Assembly (NCBI GenBank): GCA_031835245.2
Contig: JAVKOQ020000010.1
Span: 62,001-126,000 of the forward strand
DNA: 64,000 bases
Direction of reading: 5' to 3'
Source: Balamuthia mandrillaris
Taxonomy: Eukaryota
A model generated the notes under the pieces. It did no database searches. It saw nothing but the letters and a program-made list of their open reading frames with translations, and was not told the DNA's origin. The position numbers and the translations under genes are program-made. Below, piece after piece: positions 1 to 12,292 of the stretch (its first letter is position 1; every line of letters begins with the position of its first letter).

Positions 1-191
1 CGGTTGCTGAGAAACCAAGGGAAGGAGAGGAAGAAGATGTGTAAAGAATGACGGTTTGTTCTGCAGGTGGAGCTTTGACCAGCGAAGCGACAGCAGCAGC
101 CATTTCCTCCGCATATCTTTTCTCGTATGACTTTCTTATTACTATCTGCATTCCATTCCATACAAATAACAACAAAAACATGAGAGAGGGG

Positions 192-236
<45 letters not shown>

Positions 237-885
237 GAACAAGGAGATATACTAACGACAGGGTTCCATAATAGAGACTCAGCAGTATGTGCGGCAAAAC
301 CGGCCACGAAGCAAACGGTGAGAGGGCTGTAGTGGTAGAGTTGTGTTTGAGTGAGCCACAACCGAAAGAGTTCGTAGTTTGCCATTATCAACCCGGAAAT
401 GGGCGCTGTGGTCACCGCCACTATCACGTTTTATTTCAAAAAAGTGGAGGACCAGAAGGATGAGAAAGGGTGAAGGAGAAAACGACAAGAATGATAGAAA
501 GAACTGAAGAAGAAAGGAACCTTCTTTGAGCCCTTTGAAGGCTGGTAGTAGTTGAAGTTGACGAGACCCAAGTCGTAGCATCCGGTTGTTTTTGTCATAC
601 AAAGGAGCTCCCTCGACCTACACCCTCGCGAAGAAGCGGAGCCACAAAGCGAAAACGAAGAAAACAAATGCATCAACAACAAAGCGGCATTCCTAAACAA
701 ACTCAAAAGAGAAAGCTCCCCCACTCCTGACATACCGGCACCTTTCGCAACAACAGATGGCTCGATTCAAGCGGGAACAGCAACAATTCGCTGATGAACC
801 CCGCTGCAGCGCCAGCGGTCATACGCGTCGGATACCAGCTCCACCAGGGATACTCCTCCGGCTTCGTCGTCGTCGTCGTTGTCAT
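1..885 (-). CDS. Mitochondrial carrier family (SLC25) protein; 3' end runs off the window
   Basis: ATG at 885. Exon 1 RMTAGAAAGFISELLLFPLES resembles carrier helix 1 with Px[DE]. A later exon, ANYELFR...CFVAGFAAHTAESLLWNP, resembles helices 2-3. GT-AG introns. Confidence 0.7.
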
Positions 886-1042
886 TGTTGTCTGTATCTT
901 CTTCTTGCTGGAGAGCACCAAGCCACAAAGTGACCACTATTGTTGATCATAGTGTACCTAATTTGGTTAATAATGGAAATTTTCATTTAGATTTCATGCA
1001 GATTTCAGGAGAGGTCAGGCTCCTCAAGCAAATACTCATTTT

Positions 1043-1060
1043 TGTCGATAATTGTCGACA
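1043..1060. promoter_or_regulatory. TGTCGATA + TGTCGACA pair in the divergent carrier / Pth-like intergenic region
   Basis: Motif recurs upstream of many genes in this window. Confidence 0.5.
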
Positions 1061-1103
1061 GTAAAACACCGAGAAGAAAAAAAATCCAAAAAAGAAAGGA
1101 AAG

Positions 1104-1824
1104 ATGAACTCCAAAGCTGTTTCGTTTGCTTCCCGACAAACGCGGACTGTTCAGCTTAGCAGACACTTGGAATCCACGAACCACTTGGTACTCATTCCGC
1201 TTCTCTTATCTAACTACTCCTACAATTTCAAAAAAACAAACGGGGGGACAACATCGGTGAGTGCTTAATCCTCGCATCGCAAAATCAGGTAGTGGGACTT
1301 GGAAACTTTCGATGGCCTCGCTCCAGAGAGAGCGTGGGGTTGGTGGCTCTGGACCGCTTCGTAAACCGAGTGCCTGGCCTGGAATGGGAATACATCCCCG
1401 ACCTCAACAGCGATGCTCTCCCCTCGGCCAAAGGCCTGACGCTGCTCCGCCCTCGCACCTACTTGCAGGAGCACATGGGGGTCACCGTCAAGGCCGCCGC
1501 GGATGCGTTGGGACTCAGCGCGGAGGACATCACCCTCGTCCACTATGACCTGAGCATCCCGGTGGGACAGGCTTACATCCAACGAGCACCTCTGCAGTAT
1601 GTTTATTTTTTTCCTTGAGTTTTTCTGTTTGCTGTTGTTGCTGCTGTTGCTGCTGCTGTTGTTGTTGTGTTTTAGGTTGGTTCGTTCAACATCACTTGAG
1701 ATTTACCTTGTGCATGAAAAACAGATCAAACAACATAGCTGTGGAGTCCGTTTTTTCCCACTTTGGAGTCCAAGTACTTGTTTTCCTTCTTCTTTTCCTT
1801 CTTTCTCTGTTTTCGTTCTCTCCT

Positions 1825-1863
<39 letters not shown>

Positions 1864-2196
1864 CTCTCCGTCTCTCTCCGTCTCTCTCCTTCTCTCTCTC
1901 TCTCTCTGACTTCTCTTTCTCTCTTTGCTAAACAACAAAAAAAATTACAGGAAATGAACAGAGCAGCAATAGGCGTGCAGCTGCAGCATCGCCACAAGTT
2001 TTTCAAGCCCACTCTGCTGCAAATAGTGGAGAAGCGGCCCATTGTCTTCTCTCAGGCGGAGGCCATCTTCCTTCGCAACATCATGACGCCGGAGGAGGAG
2101 AGTCTCGCCATGGAGGCAGCCGACAAGCTCATCGACACGCTCCTCCAAAAATCCTCCAAAGGAGAGAACGCCTTCTCTCGTCTCAACTCTCTTTGA
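1104..2196 (+). CDS. Peptidyl-tRNA hydrolase (Pth1)-like protein with a degenerate active site; 4 exons
   Basis: The spliced product contains LVVGLGN, LLRPRTY, ITLVHYDLSIPVG and RAAIGV in the order of the Pth fold. Exons approx 1104-1187, 1290-1597, 1725-1773, 1951-2196. Confidence 0.75.
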
Positions 2197-2530
2197 TTCT
2201 TTCCACACAAATAAATGCCCCCCCCAAAAAAAAAAAAAAATACAGCAACACCATTGCTGCACGTTTGCACCCCTTCCATGTCCAAGACATACTATTGGGA
2301 TGACGGTGGAATGCAGGAAGAAGAGGCTAGAACTGTGCCATGTTCCAAGGCAAAATGGTGTCTGCCAACCGCACCAAAAAAAAAAAAAAAATGGATGTGT
2401 ATAGGGTCGACATGAAGTCGACATAAATTGGGTAATTATAAAATAATATGAAATATTTGTTGTAGACAATAAGAAAATTGCTTTTGGCCAACTCGAAAAG
2501 TCAGGCATTACACGCGCAGAAGAAACAACT

Positions 2531-4289
2531 ATGGAAGCGACGAAGAACCAAGACAAAGACATGGACAAGCTCAGCCGCTTTGTGCTCGAAAAGTTCCAGG
2601 GTTGCATGGCCGAAATACTCGCGGAGCTCCAAAAGACCGCGGCGGAGCTGGACGCCAAGGAGCGACGCCTGGAGGAGGAGAGGAAAGTCCTCGAGGAGGA
2701 GAGAGAATGCTTTCAGGAAGGCATGAAGCAAGCTTCCATCTACCTGCAGGAGCAGCTGGAGAGCCAACGGACCAAGCTGGAGTCCGAGAAGAAGGTGGTG
2801 ACCCAGATTGTAACCTCGCAAGAGGGACAAGTAGAACTCGACGTTGGAGGTTCGTTTCTATGCTTGCCTTTTGTTTTTTCTGTTTTAAGTTCTGTTTCTG
2901 TTTTAAAAGTTTTGTTGGTGGTTTTGTTCCTTTTTTTTCTGTAGGAGTCCATTATACAACCTCGTTGGCGGTGTTGACTCGATATCCGGATTCGATGTTG
3001 GGTGCCATGTTCAGTGGGCGTTACAACATGACCCCGAATGCTCAAGGCCGTTACTTCATCGACCGAGATGGCCAGCTCTTCTAGTGACTATCTCTTCTCT
3101 TCTTCTTCTCTGCTGCTACTCGTCCTAACAAACACTCACAAAAAAAAGTTACGTACTTCACTTCCTTCGCAACGGTACGATCCTAATGCCACAAGAGCCC
3201 CAACAACAAGCGCTGCTTCGCCTCGACATCGAGTTCTACCAACTGCAAGCCATGCTCTCCGCCTATGACCACCACAGCCAACGATTGCAAGAGGCCCAGC
3301 TGGCCTCCTTCCGCTTTGACATAGAGCGCAAGCACAAGAGCATCCTCCTGAGCAACGGCCACAAAACCTTTGAGCACGTGGATTGGTACACCCGATGGGC
3401 CACCGCTTGGCTTCGCCCTTCCGTTCGTAGAGGTGGTTGCTTTCTCTTCCTCTTCTCCATCGACTTTTGCAACGACCTCACCAACCTTCGCATTGGTCTC
3501 TCTTTTCATCCGCCGTCTTCCTCTTCGGCTTCGGCTTCGTCGTCATCTTCGACAACGGTGACTTCGTTGCTGGGATTGGGAGGAGAGATGACGGCGAGCC
3601 CGTACATTTGTTGGGATTCAAAGGGAAGCATTGTGATAGGCTCGCAACGTCATTACTCTGACTCACTACTTCTTCTTCCCGGGCCTCCTTCTCCATCTTC
3701 GTCCTCTATCGATGTTACAGTCATTGAAGATCCTTCTTCGAACAACAACAACAACGACAAAAAGAACAGGAAAGGCAAAAAAGGCAAGGGAGGCGATAGT
3801 TCATCTTCATCGCCATCCTTTTCTTCCTCCAATGCTCCTTGTCGTTCCGGCTATGAAACCGGAGATGAGATTGGAGTATTGGTTGACATGTTGGTTGGCA
3901 GGGTCACTTTCTTCCTCAACAAAACCACTAAAGTTTGTGCCGTTGACTTTAGCAAAGCTCTTCCAATGATAATGAAGAAGAAGAAAGGCAAAGATGAAGG
4001 AGAAGATGAGGAAGAGGAAGAGGAGGAAGAAGCGTGGCTGGCTGTAAGCGGGTTCTACAAGAACAAAGTCACTTTAAAGGCTGTTTGGGGAGGTGCTCTT
4101 CTTTTGGACGAGGAGGATGGAGATGAAAAGGAGAAAGAGCCGATGTGGATGATGTGCAACGGGCAGAGAGTGCCGCGGTTGGACCTGGAGAAGGCCTACA
4201 TGCACGGTGCTCGTATGGAGGAGCTCTTTCCTCCTCCTTCCGTGCCATCCTCTTCTCAATCGTCCTCCTCTTCCTCCTCTTCTTCCTAA
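2531..4289 (+). CDS. Coiled-coil + KCTD-type BTB/POZ + SPRY-like protein
   Basis: BTB: VELDVGG|VHYTTSLAVLTRYPDSMLGAMFSGR...YFIDRDGQLF|YYVLHFLR. SPRY-like: GYETGDEIGVLVDMLVGRVTFFLN. Confidence 0.8.
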
Positions 4290-4500
4290 TTCTGAGAAAA
4301 GTAAATAGACCACAGTCACACAATGACAAACCAACATAAAGAAAGTAAAGAAAGGGGAGAGAGAGAGAGAGAGAGAGAAGCAGAAGGAGTTGACTACAAC
4401 AACAGATTAAAAAAGAATGAAAAATTGAACAACAGAATAAAACAAACAAAAGGGGGTTGGTGAGTGCATGTGTTGTGGGAGAGTACAAAGCAAAGCAAGC

Positions 4501-4931
4501 TTAGCTGGATGACTCGGTGGAGGCACTTTCTTCGGTGGCCTTGGGTGGAGCGGGGACCACCGGTCGGACCAACTTGATTTTGGCAGGGTCGTAGAGAGTT
4601 GGACGGTTGAAGCTCTGACTGCACTCGGCAAAGGCAATGCCAAAGCCAGCCCCTGCACCAAGTCCAATTAAACCCAGTTTAAACCATAGTCTTCCTAGGG
4701 TTTGTTGGTGGGGTGAGTCCAAAAAAAAAAAAGAAAGACAACAAAAAAATAGCTTTGCAATCGATCAGAAAAAAAATAATCAATACCTCTGATCAAGAAG
4801 GAGAGTGCGCCAATGCCAGCCCCGTACGAGCTGAGTTTGAGTGCGTTCGCTCTACAGTCCCTCCACTTTTGCACCACGACCAACTCGCTGGGCACCTTGG
4901 TTCCTGAGCTGGTAGCAACGGCCGTGGTCAT
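4501..4931 (-). CDS. MIC10: MICOS complex subunit Mic10
   Basis: SE..VQKWRDC, two Gly-rich TM segments (GAGIG; GLGAGAGFGIAFAEC), small size, one intron. Confidence 0.8.
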
Positions 4932-5140
4932 CTTTTCGCCTTTTCTTTTTTATTCTCCGTCTTATTTTTTTTTTGTTGATTTGGGTCGACAAATTCCTTG
5001 CGTTCTATAAATTCCAAACATTATTCGTATTCCAAATATTGATAGCATTCTTTGCATTGTTAGTATTCCAATGGGTTGTTTGTGACGACGTGAGAGAGAA
5101 GAGAGAAGAGTAAACAAAACAACAAAAGCAAAGGAGGCAA

Positions 5141-6804
5141 TCAGATATCCCAATGCAAGGCCTGATGACGCTCATCGCGGAGCTTCTCTTCCTCCTCGTT
5201 GAGAGCACGATGTGTTTTATAGACATGTTCCGGACGACCATGCCTCTTGATGCGTTCTTTGGTAGTCTGCGCGTTCCCAAAAGAAAAATGTTAACTAAAA
5301 GCTTTGAAAAAAAAAAAGAGAGAAAGAAGAGGGAAGCAAGCAGAAGAGAACCTTGGCCTTGATCTTTTCCAACAGGACCTTATTCACGATCTCGTTGTAG
5401 TAGACACCATCTGGCGTCCACACGAAGAAGTAATGATTCTCCGAGTCTTGACCCATGCGATAGATATACTCCCTTGTCCACTTGTACTCTTCAATCGGTT
5501 CGCCTTCTTCATCTTCGTCTTCTTCATCGCCAAACAAATCATCTTCTTTTTCTTTCTCCTTTTCTTCTTTCTTCTTTCGCGAGGGAGTTCTTTTCTGTGG
5601 CGTGAAGTAAGTCACGAAGCTTTGCTTCTCTCCTTCTCCATCTTCAGTGGAGAAGCCTTTGATAATAGCGTTGTCAATGAGATGCTCTCTCTCCTTTGTC
5701 CTTTGCTTAGCGTCCGGATGAGAGGGTGGCACTCCTAAAGGTAACGGATCATCATCGAAAACCACCAACGAATACCTATTTGGTATGTGAAGTTTTTTTT
5801 TAATGAAAGAGGTTTGAGGTTCAGTAAAAGCTCAAATAAGACGAACAGTAGGGGAATGGTGAAAAGAACAGGAAAAGAACTTTTAACAAAATAAGGAATA
5901 TTCGAAAGAAGAAGAAATAACAAACAAAGGCAGAAAAACGTACGAGTTGGACCAAAGTTCAAAGTCAGGTAGTAAGGGGATGACCTCGACGGGTTTGAGG
6001 TTGGGATTGGTCGGATGGACGGGCGTTTGTTGGGCCACGTCAAAGCCCTTCTCGATGGAATGAATGATTTCCTCTCTCGTTCGAACTTTCTTAACTTGTC
6101 TTGTTTGCGAGCCAACTCCAATTCTGTTGTGATTTGCAAGATAAGCAAGAAAGCAAACAAGCAAGAAGAAACGACAAGCAAGACACAACAAGAATCGACA
6201 TGGGGAACGATAAAAGAAATGAAAAAAAAAACATACTGTGACTCGATGTTTTCTCTGGCTTTTTTGTTGACGTCGCTAAACTCGCTGGGAATGTACTCAG
6301 TGTTCTTCCGCAGCCAACTAACGGAGGGTCGCACCACCTCCTTTCTTTTCTTTTTGTCTTTGGGTGTGGAGGGAGTGGCATCGTAGGCCGCTAGCAGGGC
6401 TTTGTCTTCCTCAGGAAGTTCCATTGCTGTAATGTTGTTCTTTTGTAAGAACGAGAACGAGAAACGACAACGAAAGAGAGACACGCGATAGAGAAAGCAG
6501 GAAGGAAGAAGAAAAAAGAGTACGTGTAGAAGGCAAAGCATAAACGTGAGGGTCGATAAGGCCTTCAGGGATCTTAATCCCAAGGTCAGGCTCGCTAAGT
6601 ATGTCATGCTGATAGTTGATTTCCAGGGAGGTGGTTTGGTAGGATGTTATGCGAGAAGGGTCTAGCGGCAGGGAGAGCAGCTTCGGGTCAAACGGGATCG
6701 GCGGCAAGTTGTTATAGAACTTTAGTCTGCACAGAAACTTTTTTTTGTGAAGAACAGAATGTTGTTGTTGTTGCGGTTTGCTTAGTTGAAGCGAGAGCAG
6801 AGAA

Positions 6805-6844
<40 letters not shown>

Positions 6845-7589
6845 CGCAAGAGGAGAAGTGGATGGAGAAGAGAGAACGAGAGAAGAGAACGAAAGAAGTG
6901 ATAAGGAGAGAGCAAAGAGAGAGAACGAGAAAACGAGAGAACGAAAGAAGAGAAGAAGAGAACGAGAGAAACATACCTCTGATTCTTGTCTTCACGTCCA
7001 CAGAGAAGAAGGCAAACAAAAAAAAAGACAATGAGCAAGGCTAACAAGAAAGCAAAAAACAAAAGAAGTGAAGAAGAACAAGGGCATACTTGAGAAGGTT
7101 GGTCTTGTTGCCATTGGCAGAGGGAAGAACATTGTGCGGGACGAGGGCAACGGCGGAGGAGGAGGACGAGGAGGACCGCGCGCTTGCTCCTCCTCCTCCT
7201 CCGCTACTTTTCCTGTTGGCGGTGGTCGACGAGCTCCCACCTCTATGCGAAGAAGAGGAGGAGGATGCAGATGAATGTTGTGGATGTGGATGTCCTTTTG
7301 CGGTGCTACCGCCACTTCTGCCGGAAGAAGAAGTCGAAGAAGAAGAAGATGAAGAAGAAGCAGAAGAGTGGTGGTGTTGTTGTTGTTGTGATGTCACCTT
7401 GGCAGCGGCGCTGCTGTCTCGCCTCTTGCTTGCGTTGTGATCTCCAGCGTGGCCGTGTTGGTGGTGGTGCGAAGAGCCAGTTTTGGCATGGGCATGGGCA
7501 TTGACAGCGGCATGGGTGCTCCCGCTGGAACTGCTCGTTCGGCTTCTTCTGTCCCCATCGCTCGCGCGTTTGTTGTCGCTTTCCATCAT
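5141..7589 (-). CDS. PAF1: RNA polymerase II-associated factor 1
   Basis: FLCRLKFYNNLPPIPFDPKLL, VSWLRKNTEYI, HPTNPNLKPVEVIPLLPDF, YKWTREY. Multi-exon; inferred stop TGA at 5141-5143. Confidence 0.9.
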
Positions 7590-7804
7590 CTTTTCTTTTC
7601 CTTTTTTTTTTGTCTACGCTTTTTTGTCGACTTCCTGATTGAGGAGTCTTGATGAAAACGTTGAAATATTTACTCGAAAAATTTCGGAGTTTATTTACAA
7701 ACAAAATTATTCCTAGAAAAAATTTAAAAAGCACACCCAGCCAAAAAAAAGTATTGCCAGCGAACAGAGAGGAAGTGAACAACGAGAGAGAGAGAGAGAG
7801 AGAG

Positions 7805-9173
7805 ATGAGCAGACAAAAGTCCAAAAAGGCAGCAGAGGCACCGCCTGCGGAGGAAGAGGCGACCGCCGTTGGTGAAGAGGAGGAGGCCTGTGGGCCTACC
7901 CCCATCAGCAAATTGGAGGTAACATTTAAAAAATAATATATTTGTAATCTCTTTGTTTGATTATCTTATTTTTTTTCTTATTTTTTATTGAAAACAACAG
8001 AGCCATGGCGTAAGTGCTGCCGATGTGAAGAAACTCGTGGCGGCAGGCTTCCACACGGTTGAGTCCGTGGCCTTTGCCACCAAGAAAGCGCTCTGCGCCA
8101 TCAAAGGCGTTAGCGACACCAAAGCTGACAAATTCCTTGCTGAAGGTTTTTTATTCTTCTTCTACTTCGTCTTCTCCCTTCTCTCCTCTTCTCCCTTCCT
8201 CCCCCTTTTTTTTTTGAAAAAAAAATATGTATTCATCTCTTGGCGGAAAAAAAAAGCTGCTAAACTGGTGCCGATGGGCTTTACCACTGCCACCGAATTC
8301 CACAAACAACGTGCGGACATCATCAAAATCACAACCGGCTCTAAAGACCTTGATAAGGTGCTTGAAGGTTTGTTCGCTTCTCTCTCTCTCCTCGCCTAAT
8401 AAGGCTCTAAATAACTCTCAAAATAAAAAATAAAGAGGGCATTGAAACGGGTTCCATCACCGAAATCTTTGGCGAGTTTCGTACCGGCAAAACGCAGCTA
8501 TGCCATCAGCTCTGTGTGACCTGCCAGCTGCCCCTCGACCAGGGCGGCGGCGAGGGCAAGGCCATGTACATCGACACCGAGGGCACCTTCCGTCCGGACA
8601 GGCTGCTAGCCATCGCCGAGCGCTATGGGCTCAACGGGGACGACGTCCTGGACAACGTGGCTTACGCCCGCGCCTACAACACCGACCATCAAACGCAGTT
8701 GCTGCTGGAGGCCAGCGCTATGATGGCCGAGAGTCGGTATGCCTTGCTCATTGTGGACTCGGCCACGGCGTTGTACAGGACGGACTACTCGGGACGTGGA
8801 GAGTTGTCTGCCAGGCAGATGCATTTGGGCCGCTTCCTACGTTTGCTTCAACGGCTTGCGGATGAGGTATCTTTCTTTCTTTATTCTTGTTTTGTTGACG
8901 GGGATGCTAACTTGAAAATAACAGTTTGGAATAGCAGTGGTGATAACAAACCAGGTGGTGGCACAAGTGGATGGCGGTGCTTCAATGTTCAACGCCGACC
9001 CGAAGAAGCCGATCGGTGGCAACGTGATGGCGCACTCCTCCACCACTCGCCTGTACCTCCGCAAAGGCCGCGGCGAGACGCGCATCTGCAAGATCTACGA
9101 CAGCCCTTGCCTGCCGGAGAGCGAGGCCGTCTTTGCTATCAACGCGGACGGTATTGGCGATCCTAAAGATTAA
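7805..9173 (+). CDS. RAD51: DNA repair recombinase RAD51
   Basis: [75 protein letters not shown]; 5 exons. Confidence 0.97.
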
Positions 9174-9911
9174 AAAACAACAGAACACACACCTATCATC
9201 CTATCCTATCCTTCTTTTCTCCTCCCTTCTTCTACAGCTCCTCTAAAGTCTCACCAGCCTTGGGGCGAAGGGGCTGTAGGAGTTCTCCACCATCCATTGC
9301 TTGATTTCTCCTTTCTACAGAGGCCCACAGAGACTTTGGAACTGTGCGGAAGAGAAGGGAGGAGAGAGAATGCCTTTTTTTTTTACTCATTATTATTATT
9401 TTTCATTTGTATTGCAACAACGTTACCACATTCAACTCCTTTTCCTGTCTTTTTCTCCCCTCAGAAGGGTGCGCCCATCATCGACAAGAGAGCAAGCTGA
9501 GCGAAGGCTCGAGGACTGTTGGGCAAGGCGTATGCCATCACCGGTAAACTCTCTTCGTTTCTGTTCTTTTTTACCTCTCTCTCTTCTTTCTTCTTGTTCT
9601 TCTTCTTGTTCTTCTTGTTTATCTTGTTCTTCTTCTTCTTGTTCTTCTTGTTCTTCTTGTTCTTCTTCTTCTCTTCTCCTTTCCCACAGTTTTATTATCG
9701 TGTTGATCTATTGGATGGATCAACACTCCGCACCGGGACACCATCGGTACCTTTGTGAGCCAGGGTGCGCTCTCTCTGGTCGCTTGCCTGTTAACGTTTA
9801 CGGAATGCTTATCTGAACCTCATTTCCTGCAATTTGCTTCTTCTTTCTAGAACGTGTCTTGTGCTGCTGTTGTCAACTAAACTACTTATCGGTCAAGCAA
9901 TAACATAAGAC

Positions 9912-10464
9912 ATGACGCCAAGCAAGACCACGGTAATGGTGGTTGCCGTGTTGTTATGTGCAGCCTCTTATCTTTTCAGTCCTGGCAGTGCTCAAACTTG
10001 TGAGCCGTGGTCTGGAAAGCCTAGCATTTGCACCTCCATCGGTTTGTCCCTCTTCTTCTTGTTGTGGTTGTTTGTTTTTTTTTTGTGCGTTTTGTTTTGT
10101 TTTAAGATGCTTCAAAGTAACAAAGTGTTGTTTGAACTAAAGTGGTTGGAGAATACATATGGGTACCATATAACATGACCTTGCCTTTGGTGGAATCATA
10201 CTTCCAGAGTATGCTGAACAATTGGCAAGCTGGTTATATCAAAGAAAGTTCGTAACGTTACCTCTCAAACTGTTTACAAGAGTAAGAGAAAAAAAAATAC
10301 TAAACCACGAACGTAAACAGTTCACGCAAAAGCTCTCTTGTGTCAACCGAGTTACTTTGCGATTCTTTGTGGCCTGTTTTTGCCCCCCTGCCTCCTTGAC
10401 GAAGACAGCCAACCCATACCTCTCCCTCAACAACCCTGCCTTGACGCTTGCATTCAAAGAGGTT

Positions 10465-10506
<42 letters not shown>

Positions 10507-12292
10507 GTCATTCATAAAATACTTAATATTTCATATGTGATAGAGACTGAATGTGCAGAATGGGAGGCTGTTTTCTTGGACTTCTTCCCCACCCCCTTTG
10601 ACAGTTCCATCCTGCCCTGGTGGCTCCATGAGACCGTTGATGACTGGTACGACCTGGAGCGCCTCCGTTGCAACCGGACGGACCCTTGGACCGTCGGCAG
10701 GCCTCCTCTCTTCCCCAACGGCACTTATATCCAACCCATTCCTGTCGAGTTCCCTTCCTCTCCTTTCTCCCCAATCCCTCCCACCATTGCCAGAGAAATG
10801 GCCGTGCAATGCCGCCCGCCCCGAGCCAACAGCCAGTATACTGACTGTCCAGAGCCGATGCATTGGTTGGAAGAAGATCAATACTGCACTTTCCAGTGCC
10901 CCTTGCCCACGCTGAGCGATGAGGAATACCAGGCAGCCAAAGTCACACAAGGAGTGCTGGGATGGATGTCCTACCTCTCTTCCTTCTTCGTCTTCCTCTC
11001 CTACCTCTTGCACCCCCAGCTCCGCCAGTTTCCCTCCAACATGTTGGCCATGACTTGTTTGAGCGCTCACATCGCTTCCTTTGCCTTGGTCCTGCCCACC
11101 ATGGCCGGTCATGAGGAGGTCTGGTGCGGTGGTGATCACGTCTTGTATGAATCACCGGGCGATGATGTTGATGATATCTACAATCGCTTGACCCTTTCCA
11201 TGAAGAGTCCTCTCTGTTCTTTCCAAGGTTCCTTTTCCTTCCCTTCCCCTCTTTGCTTGCTTGCTTGCTTGCGTTCTTGCCTCTTGTTCTGTTGGTTGAC
11301 TTGCGTTTGTGGTGGTGGCGGTGGTGGTGGGATTGCAGGAGCAGCATTGCAGTTTGGGTTCATGAGCGGGACGTTCTGGTGGGTGTTTGTGGCCATGAAC
11401 ATGGCCTCCACCCTCTTGGCCAAGGCCCATGCCAAGAGAGATCTCCTCTTCCAAAGCACCTTCCATGTGCTGGCATGGGGTCTCTCTGCTCTCTTCACCT
11501 TGGTCCCTCTTGCCGCCGACGTCATTGCTTTCGAGTCTGGAGAGACTTCGTACGTCTCACATTCTTCTGCCTTTCGTTCACTCTCTGTCTTTCTTTGTCA
11601 GTCTCTTCCATGTTCTCCCTTCTCTGACCTCTTTTCTGTTGTGCTTCAGTTGCTTTGTGTCTTCAGAAGATGACTTGCGGTGGCAATTGGCCTTCTGGAT
11701 GGTGCCCACTGCCATCCTCTTGATCCTTGGTCTCCTTCTCTTCTCCCTCGATCTGGTCATCCTCACCAAGCACACCATCGCCCATGCTCCCCAACAACGC
11801 ACTGGCTCCAGTCTTCGCAAGTGGATCCTTCATGTGCGCATCCTCTGCTTCGTGGCCATCTTCCTGGTGGTGTACCTCATCATCTTCGCCTTCCGCATCA
11901 AGACAGGGGTGGACAACGACAAGATCGAAGAGGAGTACGCCCAGTACGTCATGTGCTTGATCTTCTGGTCAGAGACACGGGAATGCTCCTTGAGCTCCAC
12001 GGTGAGCAACTTTCCCTTGTTCATGGCCAGGGCGGTGAGTTATTCCATCTTGGGCTTGTTGTTGTCCTTGGCGCTGTTCAATGGGCAGTTGTGGAGGATG
12101 TGGCGGCGCATCCTCTTGGGTTGCTTGCCTGGAAGGGAATGCATTGGATGGAGCGACTTGGCCTCCTCACGCAGCTCGTTCACTAGCAGTCTTGGAAGGA
12201 AGAGCAACAAGAAGAAGAAGAACAGCAAAGGCAGTGGCAATTTTGAGTTGAGCGTTGTGGATGAAGAAAGTGCGTTCTCTCTCTCTCTTTGA
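9912..12292 (+). CDS. Frizzled/Smoothened-like 7TM receptor with a Cys-rich ectodomain
   Basis: Signal peptide and Cys-rich N-terminal region, then C-x-x-x-CP ahead of TM1, RQFPSN, CSFQG..LQFG, FHVLAWGLS, CFV. Seven hydrophobic segments. Confidence 0.8.

Noticed and set aside
1590..1951. Apparent non-canonical splice needed to join the Pth-like exons
   Set aside because: Resolved by a small internal exon (approx 1725-1773) with normal GT-AG boundaries.
2215..2415. Short ORF after the Pth-like gene
   Set aside because: No recognisable motif, bounded by A-runs, and cannot be linked to a gene model.
10222..11673. 483-aa ORF taken as a complete protein
   Set aside because: It reads through stop-free introns of the GPCR gene; the real product is spliced.
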